Origin: Opitutales bacterium
GTDB lineage: Bacteria > Verrucomicrobiota > Verrucomicrobiia > Opitutales > PNEW01
Length of the DNA stretch: 64,000 bases
Assembly (NCBI GenBank): GCA_965197745.1
Contig: CBDANS010000004.1
Coordinates: 64,001-128,000, forward strand
Reading direction: 5' to 3'
The notes below the pieces were generated by a model. That model saw only the letters and a program-made list of their open reading frames with translations, did no database searches and was not told where the DNA came from. Positions 52,236-63,548 of the stretch are shown here, piece by piece (the first letter of the stretch is position 1; each line of letters opens with the position of its first letter). Made by a program: the position numbers and the translations under genes.

Positions 52236-52428
52236 ATTTACCCAAACTTATCACGGGCAGTGATACCTTCGGAAATGTGAAGCGGCATAATATTGGCAGT
52301 ATTAATTTCTATCACGCATTCATAATATAAATACGGGGAACTACTCAGATTACAGCTTTTCAAAGAAGAAGTCTTTCGATATACTTTTCGCTTAAAATTT
52401 TAATTAACAATAGTAATCTGATATTTAT

Positions 52429-53367
52429 ATGCGAATCCTTGTCACAGGGGGTACCGGTTTTTTAGGAAGTCATTTATGTGAGCGTTTGCTTTATGATGGC
52501 CATGAAGTAACTTGCCTTGATAATTATTTTACCGGGATAAAGGCCAATATTCAGTCGATTATAGACAACCCTAATTTTGAGATAAGGCGTCACGATATTG
52601 TCGACCCATTCAAGATAGAAGTTGATCAGATTTATAATTTTGCCTGTCCGGCATCCCCTGTCCACTACCAGTATAACCCGATCAAGACGGTGAAAACTTC
52701 TGTAATGGGAGCGATCAACTGTTTGGGTTTAGCGAAGCGAGTTAAGGCGCGCATTCTACAGGCTTCAACCTCGGAGGTATATGGTGATCCCAAGCTCCAT
52801 CCCCAACCGGAGCATTACAACGGGAATGTCAATCCTATCGGTCTGCGTGCCTGTTATGATGAGGGTAAACGTTGCGCAGAAACATTGTTTTTTGATTATC
52901 ACCGGGAAAATGATGTAGATATTCGAATAATACGCATATTCAACACCTACGGTCCCCGTATGCGCGCCGATGACGGGCGTGTTGTTTCCAATTTTATTAT
53001 TCAGGCATTATGTGGTGAAGATATTACGGTTTATGGTGAAGGACAGCAGACACGTTCTTTCTGTTATGTTGATGACCTTATTGAAGGTACGGTGCGGATG
53101 ATGGAACAGGAAGATACGACAGGACCCATAAATCTGGGTAATACCGATGAATTTACAATGCTGGAACTGGCAGAGAAAGTTATTCAATTGACCGGGAGTC
53201 GGTCCCGAATTTCTTTCAAACCACTCCCCGAGGATGATCCTCAGCAACGCCAACCTGATATTTCCCTGGCGAAAAAATTTCTTAATTGGGAACCCAAGGA
53301 GAACTTTGAATCCGGACTCAAAAAAACAATAGAATATTTTAAGCAATCGCTGACGGTTAAGCCATAA
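52429..53367 (+). CDS. UDP-glucuronate decarboxylase family SDR
   Basis: [48 protein letters not shown]. Confidence 0.93.
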   Translation: MRILVTGGTGFLGSHLCERLLYDGHEVTCLDNYFTGIKANIQSIIDNPNFEIRRHDIVDPFKIEVDQIYNFACPASPVHYQYNPIKTVKTSVMGAINCLGLAKRVKARILQASTSEVYGDPKLHPQPEHYNGNVNPIGLRACYDEGKRCAETLFFDYHRENDVDIRIIRIFNTYGPRMRADDGRVVSNFIIQALCGEDITVYGEGQQTRSFCYVDDLIEGTVRMMEQEDTTGPINLGNTDEFTMLELAEKVIQLTGSRSRISFKPLPEDDPQQRQPDISLAKKFLNWEPKENFESGLKKTIEYFKQSLTVKP

Positions 53368-53456
53368 AGTCGAGCTATTGATGTGAAAGAAAGAAGGGTC
53401 TTATTTGTTAAGTAAGGGAGCGATCACCTATAGAGTAAATTTAAAAGTTATACCTG

Positions 53457-56438
53457 ATGTTATCTAAAATTTTTAAAAAGTTCGCGGGGCGGCATTACCA
53501 CAAGTATATTAAAAAGCTGTGGCCTGTGGTGGAGCGAATAAAAGTTATTGAAGAGGAGTATCAAAAACTCTCTGACGATCAAATACGCGGTAAAACAGCT
53601 GAATTTAAAAAGCGTTACACCGATGGTGAAACCCTTGAAGAACTTCTCCCCGAAACCTATGCCACGGTTATGAACACGGCACGCCGTTTTGTGGGGCAGA
53701 CCATTACGGTGTGTGATCACGAACAGGTTTGGGACATGGTGCACTTTGATGTGCAATTGATTGGAGGTATGGCGTTGAATGATAATAAAATTGCGGAAAT
53801 GGCCACAGGGGAAGGGAAAACGCTAGTTGCCACCCTGCCACTCTATCTTAATGCCATAACCGGCCGCAATAGCCAGCTTGTTACGACGAATGATTTTCTG
53901 GCCAAGCGTGATTCGGAATGGATGGGCTATATCTATAAATTCCTCGGTCTCAGCGTAGGATGTATTCAAAACAACATGGATCCGGTCACGCGAAGGGAAA
54001 TGTATAATTGCGACATTACCTACGGCACAGCCAGCGAATTCGGTTTCGACTACCTGCGTGATAACGGTATGGCTACACGCAAGGAGGACCAGGTTCAACG
54101 CGATCATTATTTTGTCATCGTTGACGAAGTGGACTCCATCCTTGTCGACGAGGCGCGCACCCCGCTTATCATATCGGGTCCTGTCCAAAGTGAACGCGAG
54201 ATGCCCTTTAAAGAGCTTAAGCCGGGTATTGAACGCCTGGTTAAAAAGCAATCCGTTCTTTGTAACAATCTTGTCAGTGAAGTTGCCCAGGAGTTCAAAA
54301 ACGGCGATGAACAATCTATCGATGTTTATGAAAAACTGCTCCAGGTAAAAATGGGCAACCCAAAGAACAAACAATTTTTACGTCTCATGGAGGACGGAAA
54401 TATACGCAAGAATTTCGAGAAATACGATCTGGAAATGAGCGGTGATTTCAATCGTGAGCATCTTTATACGATTAAGGAAGAACTCTATTACGTCATAGAT
54501 GAAAAGCAGCATCAAGCCGATCTTACGGAAAAGGCCCGTAATCTCCTGAGACCGGACGATGAAGAGGCATTTGTCCTTCCTGATCTTCCCAGCATTTTCA
54601 TGGAAATTGACAATAAAAATGATCTCTCGAGGAAAGAAAAAGATGAGGAGAAGACGAAAGCGCAGGACCATTTTGAAACGACGAGCGAAGGAATTCACTG
54701 TATCAGCCAGCTCTTGCGCGCCTATTCCCTCTACGAACGTGATGTCGAATACATGGTCAATGAGGGCAAGGTAATAATTATCGATGAAAATACGGGGCGC
54801 GCCATGCCCGGCCGCCGGTGGAGTGATGGTTTACACGCAGCCGTCGAAGCGAAAGAAGGCGTTACGGTGGAGCGTGAATCGAAAACCTTTGCCACCATAA
54901 CGATTCAAAATTATTTCCGGCTCTACAATAAACTGGCCGGTATGACCGGTACCGCCGAAACGGAGGCTTCGGAATTTAACGACATTTATAAACTAAGTGT
55001 CATGGTGATACCCACCAATAAGCCGAACCAGCGCATGGACGTTCACGATATTATTTACAAGACGCGCAGTGAAAAATATAATGCGGTGATCAAAGATATC
55101 CAGAAGTCCAATAATAATGGGCAACCCGTCTTAGTCGGCACCGCATCAGTCGAAGCTTCAGAAGTGTTAAGCCGCATGCTCCGGCGAGTGAATATTGTCC
55201 ACACCGTTCTCAATGCTAAACAACATGAGCAGGAAGCCGAGATTGTGGCGCGCGCTGGCCAGCGAGGATCAGTGACCATTGCCACGAATATGGCTGGCCG
55301 CGGAACGGACATCAAGCTGGGGGAGGGGATACCCGATATTGGAGGCCTCTATGTTCTCGGCACTGAGCGCCACCAGTCTCGACGCATTGATCGTCAATTG
55401 CGTGGGCGTTGCGCGCGCCAGGGCGATCCTGGTGCCTCGAAGTTTTTCATATCGCTGGAAGACGATCTTCTGCGTCTCTTCGGTAATTCCGGTTATATTG
55501 CAAAACTTTTGGAAAAGTCAGTGGGTGAAGGGGAGGTGCCTTTACCGAGTTGGGTAATTGAAAATGCGCAAAAACGCGTAGAGCAGCAACACTACTCAGT
55601 GCGCAAGCGACTCTTGCAGTACGATGATGTGCTCAATCGGCAACGTGAAGTCATATACGAACTGCGTAACGAAGCCATTCATAGTGAAAAACCCAAAGAT
55701 ATAATTTTTGAATTAATTGGGGATGAAATCGATTTCCGTATGGATGAAACAGGTCTCTACGATCCCAAACATGATGAGGATTCTCTCGATGGATTTCTCA
55801 ATTGGCTGAATACTCATTTTCCCGTGGCGCTTAAGCATGAGGACATACACGAAAAGGAAGCTGAAGAACTGGCGCCTTATTTATTGGAAAAAATTCAGTC
55901 GGCCTATGCTGCCAAAGAGTCGGTGGAGAACCCCGAAGCATTACAAGCGCTCGAACGCTATGTCATCATTGGCCCGATGGACAAGCATTGGCAGGATCAT
56001 CTTACTGAAATGGAGGAGTTGAGACAGAGCGTGGGATTGCGCGGATACGGGCAAAAGGATCCGCTCAACGAATACAAAAGTGAAGCCTTTACTTTTTTCG
56101 AACAGATGATGAAGAGTATCCGTGGTGATATATGCCACCGTTTGTTCCATTCGGCGACGAATATTAAAGCATTTGAAAATATGCTCTCCGTCCTCTCGCG
56201 CCAGGCACAGACTCGGGGCCCCGTAGATCCCACGGGTGCTGCAGCGCCGAGCATAACGGCTCTTCCGAATATTCAACAAAAAAGGCGCGTTCTGGCCGGA
56301 GCGGACGGTATGTCAGGAGAGGAAGCACAACCTTCGGTAGTAACCGTTCGAAAAGAGGGTCCGAAAATAGGCCGCAACGCACCCTGTCCCTGTGGAAGCG
56401 GGAAAAAATATAAAAAGTGCTGCGGGCGAGCTGCCTGA
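53457..56438 (+). CDS. secA: Preprotein translocase ATPase SecA
   Basis: [29 protein letters not shown]-terminal [14 protein letters not shown]. Confidence 0.98.
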   Translation: MLSKIFKKFAGRHYHKYIKKLWPVVERIKVIEEEYQKLSDDQIRGKTAEFKKRYTDGETLEELLPETYATVMNTARRFVGQTITVCDHEQVWDMVHFDVQLIGGMALNDNKIAEMATGEGKTLVATLPLYLNAITGRNSQLVTTNDFLAKRDSEWMGYIYKFLGLSVGCIQNNMDPVTRREMYNCDITYGTASEFGFDYLRDNGMATRKEDQVQRDHYFVIVDEVDSILVDEARTPLIISGPVQSEREMPFKELKPGIERLVKKQSVLCNNLVSEVAQEFKNGDEQSIDVYEKLLQVKMGNPKNKQFLRLMEDGNIRKNFEKYDLEMSGDFNREHLYTIKEELYYVIDEKQHQADLTEKARNLLRPDDEEAFVLPDLPSIFMEIDNKNDLSRKEKDEEKTKAQDHFETTSEGIHCISQLLRAYSLYERDVEYMVNEGKVIIIDENTGRAMPGRRWSDGLHAAVEAKEGVTVERESKTFATITIQNYFRLYNKLAGMTGTAETEASEFNDIYKLSVMVIPTNKPNQRMDVHDIIYKTRSEKYNAVIKDIQKSNNNGQPVLVGTASVEASEVLSRMLRRVNIVHTVLNAKQHEQEAEIVARAGQRGSVTIATNMAGRGTDIKLGEGIPDIGGLYVLGTERHQSRRIDRQLRGRCARQGDPGASKFFISLEDDLLRLFGNSGYIAKLLEKSVGEGEVPLPSWVIENAQKRVEQQHYSVRKRLLQYDDVLNRQREVIYELRNEAIHSEKPKDIIFELIGDEIDFRMDETGLYDPKHDEDSLDGFLNWLNTHFPVALKHEDIHEKEAEELAPYLLEKIQSAYAAKESVENPEALQALERYVIIGPMDKHWQDHLTEMEELRQSVGLRGYGQKDPLNEYKSEAFTFFEQMMKSIRGDICHRLFHSATNIKAFENMLSVLSRQAQTRGPVDPTGAAAPSITALPNIQQKRRVLAGADGMSGEEAQPSVVTVRKEGPKIGRNAPCPCGSGKKYKKCCGRAA

Positions 56439-56531
56439 CTGTTCCTTTCCCGGCGAAAGCAATTTTCCAGCACACGTGGCGTTTTTGAAAACGTAAGCCG
56501 TATACTTTATTCTGAAAAAGTTAAAAGCGCT

Positions 56532-58421
56532 TTATTCCTGATTCAACCACACCGCCATTTCCCCTTCTCCACGATGGGCCCAGGCATAATAGGGTATCAG
56601 CATTATCTCCCGATCCCTGTTAATTCCCCGGATCACTGATATGCCATTCAGGTTTTCTGATCGATGTTCGCAGCTCAGAGTCACGTCATCGGGTAAAGTT
56701 AAATCCAGTGCTATCCCGCTGTTGTCTACTCCCTCAGCGCAATAGACAACGGGCCCGCGTTCGATCGCGACTTTATTTCTATTGCTTTTAACATTTTTAT
56801 GAGACAAGACGCGCCGAATTGGCATGGGCAGGTTCAGCTCTATGGTATCATCCTTCTTCCAGACACGCTTCAAGCAAGCATATCCCTTGTCCATTTCCAG
56901 CTGGACCGATCTACCATTAACACTCAGTGACACTGTTTCTTCACTCTGCTCCTTATAGGTATAGAGGTCACTGGGCACCGGGTGATTTTGCGTCCATCCC
57001 GGAATGCGGCAGCGTATTTCGAATTCCGATTCGGCAACGGATTCTAAAATCAATGTTACTTTACCGTCCCAGGGGTAGCGTGTTTCCTGTTTCAGTTTTA
57101 CCGATTGATGCTCCAGCTTGATGGTGGCGCTATTGGCAATATACAGATTTATAAAAATGGCATTGTCTTCCTGCGCGTAAAGGTATCCCGGAAGAGAAGG
57201 AAGAAAACGAACGACATTTGTGGGACAGCAGGAGCAGTGAAACCATGGCTGTCGTGATGTTTTCTTTATGTTGAAGGCAAAGTTGCCGTCCCATTCGAGT
57301 GGATTTGGATAAAAAAAATGGTCGCCGCTGAAGGAGATGCCGGAGAGAAAGCCATTATAAATAATACGCTCCAGGACATCGATATATTTTGACTCCCCAT
57401 GAAGAAGAAAAAGCCGATGATTCCACATCGCGTTGCCAATCGCGGCGCAGGTTTCGTTATAAGCGGTGTCGTTGGGCAGTTCGTAATCATCGCCAAAAGC
57501 TTCACCCTCATGTCGTGATCCAATACCGCCGGTGAGATATAGTTTTTTTGAAACGACATTCTCCCAAATGTGACCGACTGCTTTTAAGTAATCACTATCG
57601 GCTGTCAGGGCCGCAATATCTGCCATAGCCGAATACATGTAAGCCGCTCGTACCGCGTGACCAACTGCCTCTTCCTGCTCGAGTACGGGGATATGGTCCT
57701 GACAGTACTCTCCATAGATATCGCGATCCCGGTCATTACCGCGTTGGGCAAGAAAATATTTTGCCAGATTTAAATACTTTTCATGCCCTGTTGCGCGATA
57801 CAGTTTAGCAAGTCCGATCTCAATTTCCTGATGACCGGGAACATCACAGTTTTTTTCGGAACCAAAAACACTGTCGATAAGATCAGCATTATTTAGGGCA
57901 ACAGCTAAAAAATTGCTTTTGCCGGTGGCTTGATAATAAGCTACCGCAGCCTCATACATGTGTCCGACATTGTAAAGTTCGTGGCTTTTTTCGAGATACG
58001 ACCAGCGCGTTTCTCCCGTGTCTACAGCTGAATTATTGGGATCGATGGTTCGCGTAGTGAAAAGATAACCATCGTCTTCCTGTGCGGCGGCAACTTTATC
58101 GATCAATTCATCGAGGTATTTTTCTAATTCCGGATCGAGCTGCAGTGACAGTGAGTATGCGGCGCCTTCCATCACTTTGAAGACATCGGAATCGTTAAAC
58201 CGCAGTCCCTGGAATGAGCCTTTCTTAAGTTTGCCCGCTATGGCAAAATTATCAATGCGTCCCGTTTCCTCGCATTTTTTAAAATCGTAAGGAAGAGTCA
58301 CCTCACGGTTGATTTTCAGTCTCGGTGACCAGAAATCGTCTTTAACCTGGAATGCCGTAAAGGGAACCGGAGTTATAGGATAATCCTTAAAATCGGTATC
58401 TGCTTTGTTTTCAGTATTCAA
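56532..58421 (-). CDS. GH127 beta-L-arabinofuranosidase family, no signal peptide
   Basis: DSDVFK, HELYN.GH, GHQEIE, GHAVRA, YNETCA, CSCCP. Confidence 0.93.
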   Translation of the reverse strand: MNTENKADTDFKDYPITPVPFTAFQVKDDFWSPRLKINREVTLPYDFKKCEETGRIDNFAIAGKLKKGSFQGLRFNDSDVFKVMEGAAYSLSLQLDPELEKYLDELIDKVAAAQEDDGYLFTTRTIDPNNSAVDTGETRWSYLEKSHELYNVGHMYEAAVAYYQATGKSNFLAVALNNADLIDSVFGSEKNCDVPGHQEIEIGLAKLYRATGHEKYLNLAKYFLAQRGNDRDRDIYGEYCQDHIPVLEQEEAVGHAVRAAYMYSAMADIAALTADSDYLKAVGHIWENVVSKKLYLTGGIGSRHEGEAFGDDYELPNDTAYNETCAAIGNAMWNHRLFLLHGESKYIDVLERIIYNGFLSGISFSGDHFFYPNPLEWDGNFAFNIKKTSRQPWFHCSCCPTNVVRFLPSLPGYLYAQEDNAIFINLYIANSATIKLEHQSVKLKQETRYPWDGKVTLILESVAESEFEIRCRIPGWTQNHPVPSDLYTYKEQSEETVSLSVNGRSVQLEMDKGYACLKRVWKKDDTIELNLPMPIRRVLSHKNVKSNRNKVAIERGPVVYCAEGVDNSGIALDLTLPDDVTLSCEHRSENLNGISVIRGINRDREIMLIPYYAWAHRGEGEMAVWLNQE

Positions 58422-58487
58422 TGAGAGTCAACCCGGCGGCTCTTAAAATTGAATTTGAAGTTCTCACCTCAGCATAATTAAAAGTTA

Positions 58488-60350
58488 TTAGAGGATTACT
58501 TTACGCTCGGTATTCAAATAGTCTTTTTGTAATTTATGAAAAGAGAATTCGATTTTACCCAGTGATTTAATCTCTCCCTTACCCTTTATTTTTTTTCGCG
58601 CAGCCTCTTTTGCACTGATCTCGATTCGTTCTGATACCCTGCCCAGGGTAACGATGTCTCCTGGAAATAGAGTGATGAATTTAGTTATTAACTCCAACAC
58701 TTTGGGCGCCCAGACAACATATTCGTCCAACGATCCCTTTATTTTCCCAATACCGTCGATTTCCAGTGACATCGCGAGATTTCTAATCTCACCACTATTC
58801 CGTTTCACCGGCTGATCTAATATTACATTATAGCCGTCGGCCCATCTACCGTAAACGCCGGGAATATTTCTCTCCTGATGCGTAGCTGGCTCGACAACAT
58901 CCTCTTGAAAGGAATAATCACTGACTGAGACAAGGGGAGTGTAGCCAAGAATAAAATCATCCGCTTTATCACTTTTGATTTTACTCGCTATTTTTTTTAT
59001 AACCAGAGCCAATTCAATTCCCAGATGCAGGGTAGTTGCCCGTGGCGTTAACTCCACCTTTGAAGGAGATACACCCAATGAGGAATTAGGGCCATTGAGA
59101 AATCGCGGGTGCGGGAGCATTTTTATATTTTCATTTTTTGTGACATTTTTATAATTGCCGAAGACCGTCCAGAAATGACCGGCACGCTTAATATTCCAAT
59201 CCTGAATGGACTTTATGTTGTCCCCTCCATTTTTAATCAACGCCCTGACCGCAGGTGAGGCATGAACTTTCTTTGTCGGATGATCTTTATCCCGCCAGTC
59301 ATTATTACCGACAACGACGACTTTGTTGCGCAAAAGCCCAACCCTTTCAATTTCCGTCTCGATTCTATCGTCCGGTTCGAATTCCATATCCTCCGGGCAG
59401 GGCATGCCGTCAACACCCATCGTGGCGATGTGAATGACATCACCCGGAAACACGGTGGCAAAGGAAGTGTACCATTCAAGCGTTCGTTCAAATCCCAGTA
59501 AAAGCGCCCCGGTATGCGCGCGGTCACGCAAGAGGCCGGACTTTTTCGTATAAACAAGGAGATCATAGGGATTGCTCACATCGTCTTTCGTAACCAGGTA
59601 GGGGCCCATCGGACACATGGTATCCGCTTTTTTACCTCCCCAGGAGGCGGTTGCTCCCATAAACCAATCTTCAGCACCAATATTAGCCTTCCCTTTGCAT
59701 ACTTTATCAATGGAAGCATAATAGCCAAAGATACAGGCATCGGTAACGACGGTGAACCCTGCGACATAATCCATGGCTTTATCAGCAGTGATGTAACGGC
59801 CCTTCTTCCCGATGATAATACCAAATTCCACATTGTATCCCCAGGGCGGTGTGTCTTTGGGGATGATCATTGTTTCATCCGCCCCGATAACGCTACCTTG
59901 AGGTCGCTGATGACCTTGAGGGAATAAATTTACTATTTTTCGAAAAGGATCATTGCGGATGAAGGTCGGACAGTTCTGAACTAAGCCCCAGTATAATCGG
60001 GGGCGAGGGATCGGCGCTTTTAATGTGACTGCGTTTCTCGAATACCCTGCGTTTTCCAAAATTGCCTGGTCCGATACGGCTATAAATTTAATTAAAAAAT
60101 CGGTTAATTGTTTTAAGGCAGTCATGCCCTCGTCTTCGAGCGCGAGAAAAGAAACCAAATCTTTGGGCCACTCCCCTGACTTGAGAAATATCGGAGTCTG
60201 GTAAAAATAGCTGGAAGTTTGTGATGAATAAATCTTGAACTTTTCTTCCACAATCGCGGGTTCGAAGATCCAATCTTCATTATGTGCGGGGTGATAGACA
60301 ACCACCCCCCAGCTCTCACGACCATTAACTTCAAATGTGGCTAATCGCAT
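58488..60350 (-). CDS. Tandem fumarylacetoacetate-hydrolase-family domain protein
   Basis: Two FAH-like units: VEFGIIIGK..GFTVVTD..DTMCPMGP..PGDVI and IELALVI..GYT..SD..PGDIV. Confidence 0.8.
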   Translation of the reverse strand: MRLATFEVNGRESWGVVVYHPAHNEDWIFEPAIVEEKFKIYSSQTSSYFYQTPIFLKSGEWPKDLVSFLALEDEGMTALKQLTDFLIKFIAVSDQAILENAGYSRNAVTLKAPIPRPRLYWGLVQNCPTFIRNDPFRKIVNLFPQGHQRPQGSVIGADETMIIPKDTPPWGYNVEFGIIIGKKGRYITADKAMDYVAGFTVVTDACIFGYYASIDKVCKGKANIGAEDWFMGATASWGGKKADTMCPMGPYLVTKDDVSNPYDLLVYTKKSGLLRDRAHTGALLLGFERTLEWYTSFATVFPGDVIHIATMGVDGMPCPEDMEFEPDDRIETEIERVGLLRNKVVVVGNNDWRDKDHPTKKVHASPAVRALIKNGGDNIKSIQDWNIKRAGHFWTVFGNYKNVTKNENIKMLPHPRFLNGPNSSLGVSPSKVELTPRATTLHLGIELALVIKKIASKIKSDKADDFILGYTPLVSVSDYSFQEDVVEPATHQERNIPGVYGRWADGYNVILDQPVKRNSGEIRNLAMSLEIDGIGKIKGSLDEYVVWAPKVLELITKFITLFPGDIVTLGRVSERIEISAKEAARKKIKGKGEIKSLGKIEFSFHKLQKDYLNTERKVIL

Positions 60351-60415
60351 CTTTTATATCCTTTATTCAAATTTGTTAAGGGTCTTTCCCCTTTAATAGA
60401 GAATTAAAATCAGTA

Positions 60416-61495
60416 TTAATTGGGTGTGGGCAGCGCGGGAATAACCTCTTTTGCTAATTGCTCCATCGAATTAACCCACTTTGCTTTATCATCCCAGTCA
60501 TGGGAGATCATAAGAACAGTCCCAAAACCACCGAGATAATCATATAAATCCTGCAATCGCTGGGTGACGGTATTTACGGTGCCAGAGATGCAGAGATTTT
60601 TTATCAGGTACTCACGATCGACTTGGTCATCGGGCGTGTCCGGATCGGCTTTCATAAGGTCGAGCATATCATAGTGCACAAAAAGGCTTCGCAGATACAT
60701 AAAGGAGTCTCCCAATGCGCTGTTACAGGCAAAATCAAAGGCTTCATCGTCCGAGTCACCGATGAATATATTACGGCAAACCCTCCAAATAGAACTTTTA
60801 GGTTCTGGATTACCCGCTTCCCTGGCTCCATCACAATAGGATTCCCAGTGAGCATTAACAAATCGAGGTGCCACAAGATTGGTACTCAAGGGCATATACC
60901 CGCGTTCACCGGCCATCTTGGCCCCGATCGAGGGGCCGCGAACGATACTCGTGCCGATCGGTGGGTGGGGTTTTTGCAGCGGTTTGAGCAATTGTCCGAT
61001 GCTATGTTCGGGAACGACACTTTGATTCTTAATTGTCCAAAACTTACCTTGAAATTCAAACGGTGGAGGGGTGGACCAGAGCTTAAGGACCATGTCCAGG
61101 CATTCAACGGTCATCAGGCCCTGTGTTTTCGGGTCGGTGATATTAAAAAGTTCCATATCCGTGGGAACGCCGCTCTGCCCATAACCAAAGTACATGCGCC
61201 CATGAGAGAGGTGATCGAGCAATGCTATGGAGGAGGCCACTTTAACCGGATGGTTGTGGGGCATGATGATTACACCCGGTCCCAGGCGTATGGTTTTCGT
61301 TCGTTGAAAAGCGGCGCTAAGGAAGATCTCATTACCGGCAATCGGCTCCCAGGGTAGCGATTCGTGATTGCCCACCCAGCCTTCCACGAATCCCAGGTCT
61401 TCAGCCCGTTCGACAAATTCCAGATCCTCGTCGAAACATTGAGTGCGATCTTTTGCCGGTTGATGCAATGGCATCATAAAAAAACCAAGGTTCAT
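60416..61495 (-). CDS. Luciferase-like (LLM) flavin-dependent monooxygenase
   Basis: AEDLGF..GWVGNH, TKTIRLG, LDHLSHGR, PLQKPHPP, SMEQLAKEVIP. Confidence 0.9.
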   Translation of the reverse strand: MNLGFFMMPLHQPAKDRTQCFDEDLEFVERAEDLGFVEGWVGNHESLPWEPIAGNEIFLSAAFQRTKTIRLGPGVIIMPHNHPVKVASSIALLDHLSHGRMYFGYGQSGVPTDMELFNITDPKTQGLMTVECLDMVLKLWSTPPPFEFQGKFWTIKNQSVVPEHSIGQLLKPLQKPHPPIGTSIVRGPSIGAKMAGERGYMPLSTNLVAPRFVNAHWESYCDGAREAGNPEPKSSIWRVCRNIFIGDSDDEAFDFACNSALGDSFMYLRSLFVHYDMLDLMKADPDTPDDQVDREYLIKNLCISGTVNTVTQRLQDLYDYLGGFGTVLMISHDWDDKAKWVNSMEQLAKEVIPALPTPN

Positions 61496-61785
61496 GGGAT
61501 CTCCTTATGGTTGAGGTGTTAAATTAAATCGGGGCATGATTGCTTGATGATGGGAGATTATTTTCATATTTGGCAAATTTTTTTTATTTTAATACCAATC
61601 CCATAGTTTAATCTCCCGCTTTGTCGATCCGACTGTCATCTCCGGGGAGGGGAACAATAATTGTTGCTTAACGAGGTTGAGATTAGAAAATATAATCAAT
61701 TTCGAGCTCATCGTTTTAGCGGTCACCTGTATTTTCAAATTATCGGTTATTTAAGTGAAATCGAGTTCAATACCTGGAATATCTG

Positions 61786-63336
61786 ATGAATAACTGGAAC
61801 GCTGATGTCATCGTTATTGGCGCAGGTCACAATGGATTAGTGTGTGCCGGTTACCTCGCGAAAGCGGGTCTCGATGTCCTTATTGTCGAACGCAGTCACC
61901 GCATAGGTGGGGCCTGCGTCTCGGAGGAACTCACTCCCGGGTTTATTTTTTCCACTTTTTCCTATGCCGCCCATGGTCCCGGACCAAAAATCTGCGGCGA
62001 TCTCGAAATCCCCGCTGATGCTTTTACGATAGTGCCAACCGATCCGGGGATGTTTTTACCCTTCCCGGATGGTGATTATTGCGTCCTCCGGGCAGATATA
62101 GAAAAAACCGCGCGAGATCTTGAGCGATTTGGGCCCCGTGAAGGACCGGGGTATCTGGCTTATCATCAATTTCTGGAATCAGCAACTCATGTGATGCAAT
62201 CCATTTTTTTCGAACCCCCACCGACGCATCAAGCGCTTTATGATCGGTTTTCGGGAACTCCGTTTGAAGCAGCGCTGGAAGCAATGTTGACGCGCAGTCA
62301 TTGGGATGTCATCTGCGATTATTTTGAAACGGAAAAAGTTCGCTGTGCCATGGCGCGATCCGATGATGTTGGTTACCCCACAGCTGTTGGGTCGCTGCTC
62401 GCTGAGGTTATGGAAAGCGCATCCGAAGGAGCGGGTGTTGAAAATAAATCAGGGATTCCCGACGGAGGGATGGGGGTGATAACCGCCGCGTTAGCCGATG
62501 CCGTTTGCCGCTATGGCGCGGAGATCCGCACTGAATCCCCGGTTGGTAGAATACTAATCAAAGACGGCCAGGCAAAAGGGGTGCGCCTGTCAGGGGGTGA
62601 AACACTCACCGCTCGATTGGTCGTATCTAACGCCGACCCTAAACGCACTTTTCTTAAACTCATAGATCCGCATGAACTTGACAGCGGATTTCGCGAAACC
62701 GTTACCCGCATAAAGACACGCGCTAATTATATGAAATACCATGCAGTGATTAGTGCAGCACCGCCTTTTACCGCGGTACCCGATGATCTGGCTGATGATC
62801 CCCGTCTTTTCGCTTCAATGCGAATAAGCCCTAGTTTATCCTATATGGAAAATGCCTGGCTCGATGCCCAGAAAGGAATACCATCTCGTCAGCCCGTGAT
62901 GAGCTTGCAACTGCCTACCGCTTACATACCGCACATGGCTAAACCTGGTAAACACATCTTTGGCGCCTGGGTGCGATATGGTCCGCCTGAACCGAAAATG
63001 TCCAACGATGCGTTAAGGGATGAAAGTTTGAAAAATATAATCGACACCTTGGAAAGCTATGCGCCCGGATTCAGCGATTTGATCGAATGGCAACGCCTAT
63101 ATACTAACTTCGACATCGAAAATGAGACCGGCATTACTAACGCAAGTATTCGGCATGTGGACATGACTCTGGATCAAATGCTCTACCGCCGCCCCCTGCC
63201 TTCCTGGGGCGCTTATAAAACACCAGTCGAAGGTTTATGGTTGTGCGGCTCGGGCACCCATCCCTGTGGATCGGTTACCGGCGCGCCCGGTCACAATGCC
63301 GCCCATGCAATCCTTTCTGAACGCGGGATGAGGTAA
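61786..63336 (+). CDS. Phytoene-desaturase-like FAD oxidoreductase (PYROXD2-like)
   Basis: IGAGHNGL, GGAC, GGMG, VSNADP..TF, TPVEGLWLCGSGTHP, GAPGHNAA. Confidence 0.9.
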   Translation: MNNWNADVIVIGAGHNGLVCAGYLAKAGLDVLIVERSHRIGGACVSEELTPGFIFSTFSYAAHGPGPKICGDLEIPADAFTIVPTDPGMFLPFPDGDYCVLRADIEKTARDLERFGPREGPGYLAYHQFLESATHVMQSIFFEPPPTHQALYDRFSGTPFEAALEAMLTRSHWDVICDYFETEKVRCAMARSDDVGYPTAVGSLLAEVMESASEGAGVENKSGIPDGGMGVITAALADAVCRYGAEIRTESPVGRILIKDGQAKGVRLSGGETLTARLVVSNADPKRTFLKLIDPHELDSGFRETVTRIKTRANYMKYHAVISAAPPFTAVPDDLADDPRLFASMRISPSLSYMENAWLDAQKGIPSRQPVMSLQLPTAYIPHMAKPGKHIFGAWVRYGPPEPKMSNDALRDESLKNIIDTLESYAPGFSDLIEWQRLYTNFDIENETGITNASIRHVDMTLDQMLYRRPLPSWGAYKTPVEGLWLCGSGTHPCGSVTGAPGHNAAHAILSERGMR

Positions 63337-63467
63337 AATACCTCGGATTATGCTGATAACACGGGTATATTACTGCAGATTACACGTATATTTTTCTATA
63401 TGGGGATAAAGTATTCCGTCGTGTAGGGAGTCGCCTTAACATCACTCCATTACTCAACATCCGCAAC

Positions 63468-63547
63468 CATCCGTGTAATCCGCGGTCATCAGTAATCATC
63501 CGCTTGATCCGCGGTCATCAGAATTCATCCGCTTAATCCGCGGTAAA
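63468..63547 (+). repeat. 29-bp tandem repeat (about 2.7 copies) with upstream inverted relics
   Basis: CATCCGxxxxATCCGCGGTCATCAG units at 63468, 63497 and 63526; inverted CGGATTA/CAGATTACACG motifs at 63341-63390. Confidence 0.8.
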
Positions 63548-63548
63548 T

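Noticed and set aside
60623..61357. 244-aa plus-strand ORF
   Set aside because: Entirely antisense to the well-supported LLM gene; no motifs.
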